Shown: positions 33,654 through 35,826 of the stretch, in pieces
Layout: each line of letters begins with the position of its first letter
How positions within the stretch are numbered: position 1 is the first letter of the stretch
IMG/VR virus record: IMGVR_UViG_3300037991_004101
Location: 1-35,826 of that record
Strand: one strand, 5' to 3'
Length of the DNA stretch: 35,826 bases
Source: a virus
Taxonomy: Duplodnaviria; Caudoviricetes
Notes under the pieces: model-generated
Database searches by the model: none
Seen by the model: the letters and a program-made list of their open reading frames with translations, nothing else
Told to the model about the DNA's origin: nothing
Made by a program: the position numbers and the translations under genes

Positions 33654-35826
33654 CAATAACAAGAGAGAATGGACGCAGGATCTTTGCTCTTCAAGTCAGT
33701 GGATTAGAGTATAGATACCACAGCACCACACCACCAAGCTCAACGAGTTTAGATGCTAACATAGCAACAAGCATTGCTTATATTGATCAAGAGGGAATCT
33801 CAACAGTTGGAGCTTTTAGCGCTTCGGTTGATCCAAGTGGTGGTATTGGTCAATACTCTCCAATTTCAATCACTCTCCAAATAGATCGCAAAGGTGGAAG
33901 TGGAGATCCAGGAGTAGTCTTTGGCAGGTGTGGCGCTCGGAGTGCTTCCAAGAGAGCACAGTTAACCGAAGATATAAACAGAGCAGACACCACCATCAAA
34001 GTAGGTCTTGATTTAACTGGATTATCTTATCCAAGGCTTTTTCATATTGGTTCTGAAACAGTCAGAGCAAGTAGCGCAACAAGCTCAACCATCACAGTAA
34101 CAAGAGCACAGGGAAACACTAGACCACAGTTTCATCGAGTAGATCTTGAGGGGTCTTTTGTTCCTGAGATCACAACCGAGATAACCACCTTTAGAGGTAG
34201 ACGAGCAAAACTATTCATGGCTCATCAATATACTGATGGGACTGTTAGTAATTATGTAGAAGTGATAAACGGCTTTATTGAGCAAAGTCCAATCATTGAA
34301 GCAGGTGACTCCATCTCTTTGTCTATCGTTCCTTTGACTGCTCTACTTGATACTGAGTTGGCTGACAAGATCAGTCAGACTAGACTCCTACAAGGCTTCC
34401 ACTATTTCGATGGTGAATATGGAAGCTCTATGGAGTACGCTCTTGGATTGAGTTATGACACCGAGCATCAAAGTCCAACACTTGCTCCAGATACAAGCAC
34501 AGCCATAACAGCAAATACTTTTAATACTGTTATCAATTCAAATTATACAACAGCGGATTACTTAGCCGACTTTGATCCATCTTTACCAAGTGGACCGGAT
34601 CGAGATGAATACATAGGAAGCCACCCACGTTATCCAAAGCTTAAGAGCTTCTTTCAAGCTCCTTTTGCAAATGAGGGAGTCTTCCCAACTAACTTAACTT
34701 ATTCCTCATCAATATCCGGTTATACAGTCAACGCAGATAGCTCTCCAAGTGTAGCGCTCACAGCAACAGAAATAACGAATACAGGCTTTTTTAACATCAC
34801 AGTAAACCGATATGAATTGAAACAACATGAGCTTGGTAATTCTGAGGTCAAGCGATGGCCTAATGTGATCAATGATGTTTTGGCAAGCTCAGGACCAAGC
34901 ACAACTCAAGGCTTTAATGGTGGCTTTGCTCAATGGCGCTTGAATGCTGATAATGTGATTCGAGCAAGCAAGCTGAGTAACTCACCATTTAAGGGCAAGG
35001 TAGTCTTATGGAATGGCTACAACGGTTTTATTAAGTTTAAAGAACATATTGAGAATGAGTTTGGAACAGCTTCTCCGAGGCTATACACCAACAACGGAAC
35101 AAGCTTAAACTTTCCTCCGGGTATTGGCCTTTATTATCCCTTGGACATTGGGGAGCAAGAAGATCCATTCTATCCCGACCAAGGTGACAAGTTCATAGAG
35201 GTCACAGCCTCAACCGAATCGAGAACAGGCTTTTTTAATCTTCGTGATATGGCTAAAGCATATTACCAAAACTATGAGTCTAAGATCTTGGTTGAGGATT
35301 CGCTTGGCTTGCCTACTTCGGCAACAGCAGGAAAAGTTTATGACATCATAGTTCTATACTATGACCGACAGAGCGAGAGCACCAAGAGACAAACTTTTCA
35401 AGTGACTCATGAAACTTCTGCAAGCTTTGGAGGATCATCTATAGGAAGACTTCTTCATATAGCCGATTCTAATAGCTTCTCCAATAATGTGAGCTTTGCA
35501 GATTGGCAAGATTCGGAAAGAGTCTTGATCTTTAGAGGTAGTCAAGTCATTGAAGACAATGCAGGCCAAATCATGCTCAAGCTCTTAGAGAGTGGCGGTG
35601 GTGATTCGATTAATGGCAGCTATGATCTTTTAGGATTAGGCTTGAATATATCAAGTAGCGACATCGATGAAGATAGCTTCTTGGCCGTTGGCGCTTCCTG
35701 TCCTTTTGTGTTCACTGATCAATTCGCAGGAGATGGTTCAAGCTTGAGAGAGATCTTTGATAGCTTGTTGAAATTGATGGGTTCTTGTCTTGTAATGAAG
35801 CGAGATGAGTCCACCGGTCGAAGTCG
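33650..35826 (+). CDS. Large tail-tip/hub protein, N-terminal part (runs off the window end; missed by the ORF track)
   Basis: GAGG RBS and ATGA overlap; MTITRENGRRIFALQVSG... has no stop to the window end; continues as 1-1500. Confidence 0.88.
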   Translation, partial: MTITRENGRRIFALQVSGLEYRYHSTTPPSSTSLDANIATSIAYIDQEGISTVGAFSASVDPSGGIGQYSPISITLQIDRKGGSGDPGVVFGRCGARSASKRAQLTEDINRADTTIKVGLDLTGLSYPRLFHIGSETVRASSATSSTITVTRAQGNTRPQFHRVDLEGSFVPEITTEITTFRGRRAKLFMAHQYTDGTVSNYVEVINGFIEQSPIIEAGDSISLSIVPLTALLDTELADKISQTRLLQGFHYFDGEYGSSMEYALGLSYDTEHQSPTLAPDTSTAITANTFNTVINSNYTTADYLADFDPSLPSGPDRDEYIGSHPRYPKLKSFFQAPFANEGVFPTNLTYSSSISGYTVNADSSPSVALTATEITNTGFFNITVNRYELKQHELGNSEVKRWPNVINDVLASSGPSTTQGFNGGFAQWRLNADNVIRASKLSNSPFKGKVVLWNGYNGFIKFKEHIENEFGTASPRLYTNNGTSLNFPPGIGLYYPLDIGEQEDPFYPDQGDKFIEVTASTESRTGFFNLRDMAKAYYQNYESKILVEDSLGLPTSATAGKVYDIIVLYYDRQSESTKRQTFQVTHETSASFGGSSIGRLLHIADSNSFSNNVSFADWQDSERVLIFRGSQVIEDNAGQIMLKLLESGGGDSINGSYDLLGLGLNISSSDIDEDSFLAVGASCPFVFTDQFAGDGSSLREIFDSLLKLMGSCLVMKRDESTGRS
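35225..35826 (+). repeat. Right copy of the 602-nt imperfect terminal overlap
   Basis: About 92% identical to 1-602 by manual alignment. Confidence 0.95.

Larger units (their letters stand above)
1..35826. mobile_element. Complete tailed bacteriophage genome (siphovirus-like), 35,224-bp unit with overlapping ends
   Basis: Terminase, portal, protease/scaffold, capsid, tail tube, frameshifting chaperone, tape measure, lysin and replication genes are all present. No sheath-like gene. The ends overlap by 602 nt. Confidence 0.95.

Overview
The window is an apparently complete tailed-phage genome (siphovirus-like). The unit length is 35,224 bp: bases 1-602 recur, imperfectly, at 35225-35826, and the contig opens inside a ~1024-aa tail gene. 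Gene order: tail-tip gene, CHAP endolysin and holin, repeat-rich tail fibre, three small 'MTF' proteins, membrane/spanin-like genes, dCMP deaminase, a leftward early operon (HTH, unannotated 56-aa acidic protein, membrane protein, RecT-like annealase), then a lambda-O-like initiator with internal iterons, DnaC-like loader, RHH, SSB, nuclease/coiled-coil protein, ThyX, TerS/TerL, a class III nucleotidyl cyclase plus 2-TM partner, portal, Mu-I-like protease/scaffold, capsid, neck, tail tube, frameshifting tail chaperone, tape measure and tail-tip genes. No integrase, tRNA or CRISPR array was seen. Most notable: (1) a candidate minus-strand small RNA at the terS-terL junction, with its own promoter and hairpin, whose loop and single-stranded arm are complementary to the RBS/start codons of three consecutive leftward early genes; (2) a membrane-anchored class III cyclase/2-TM cassette between terL and portal; (3) a second promoter-driven ~130-nt RNA closed by a perfect 14-bp stem. 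Family assignments come from motif recognition by eye, not database searches, and counts are manual.
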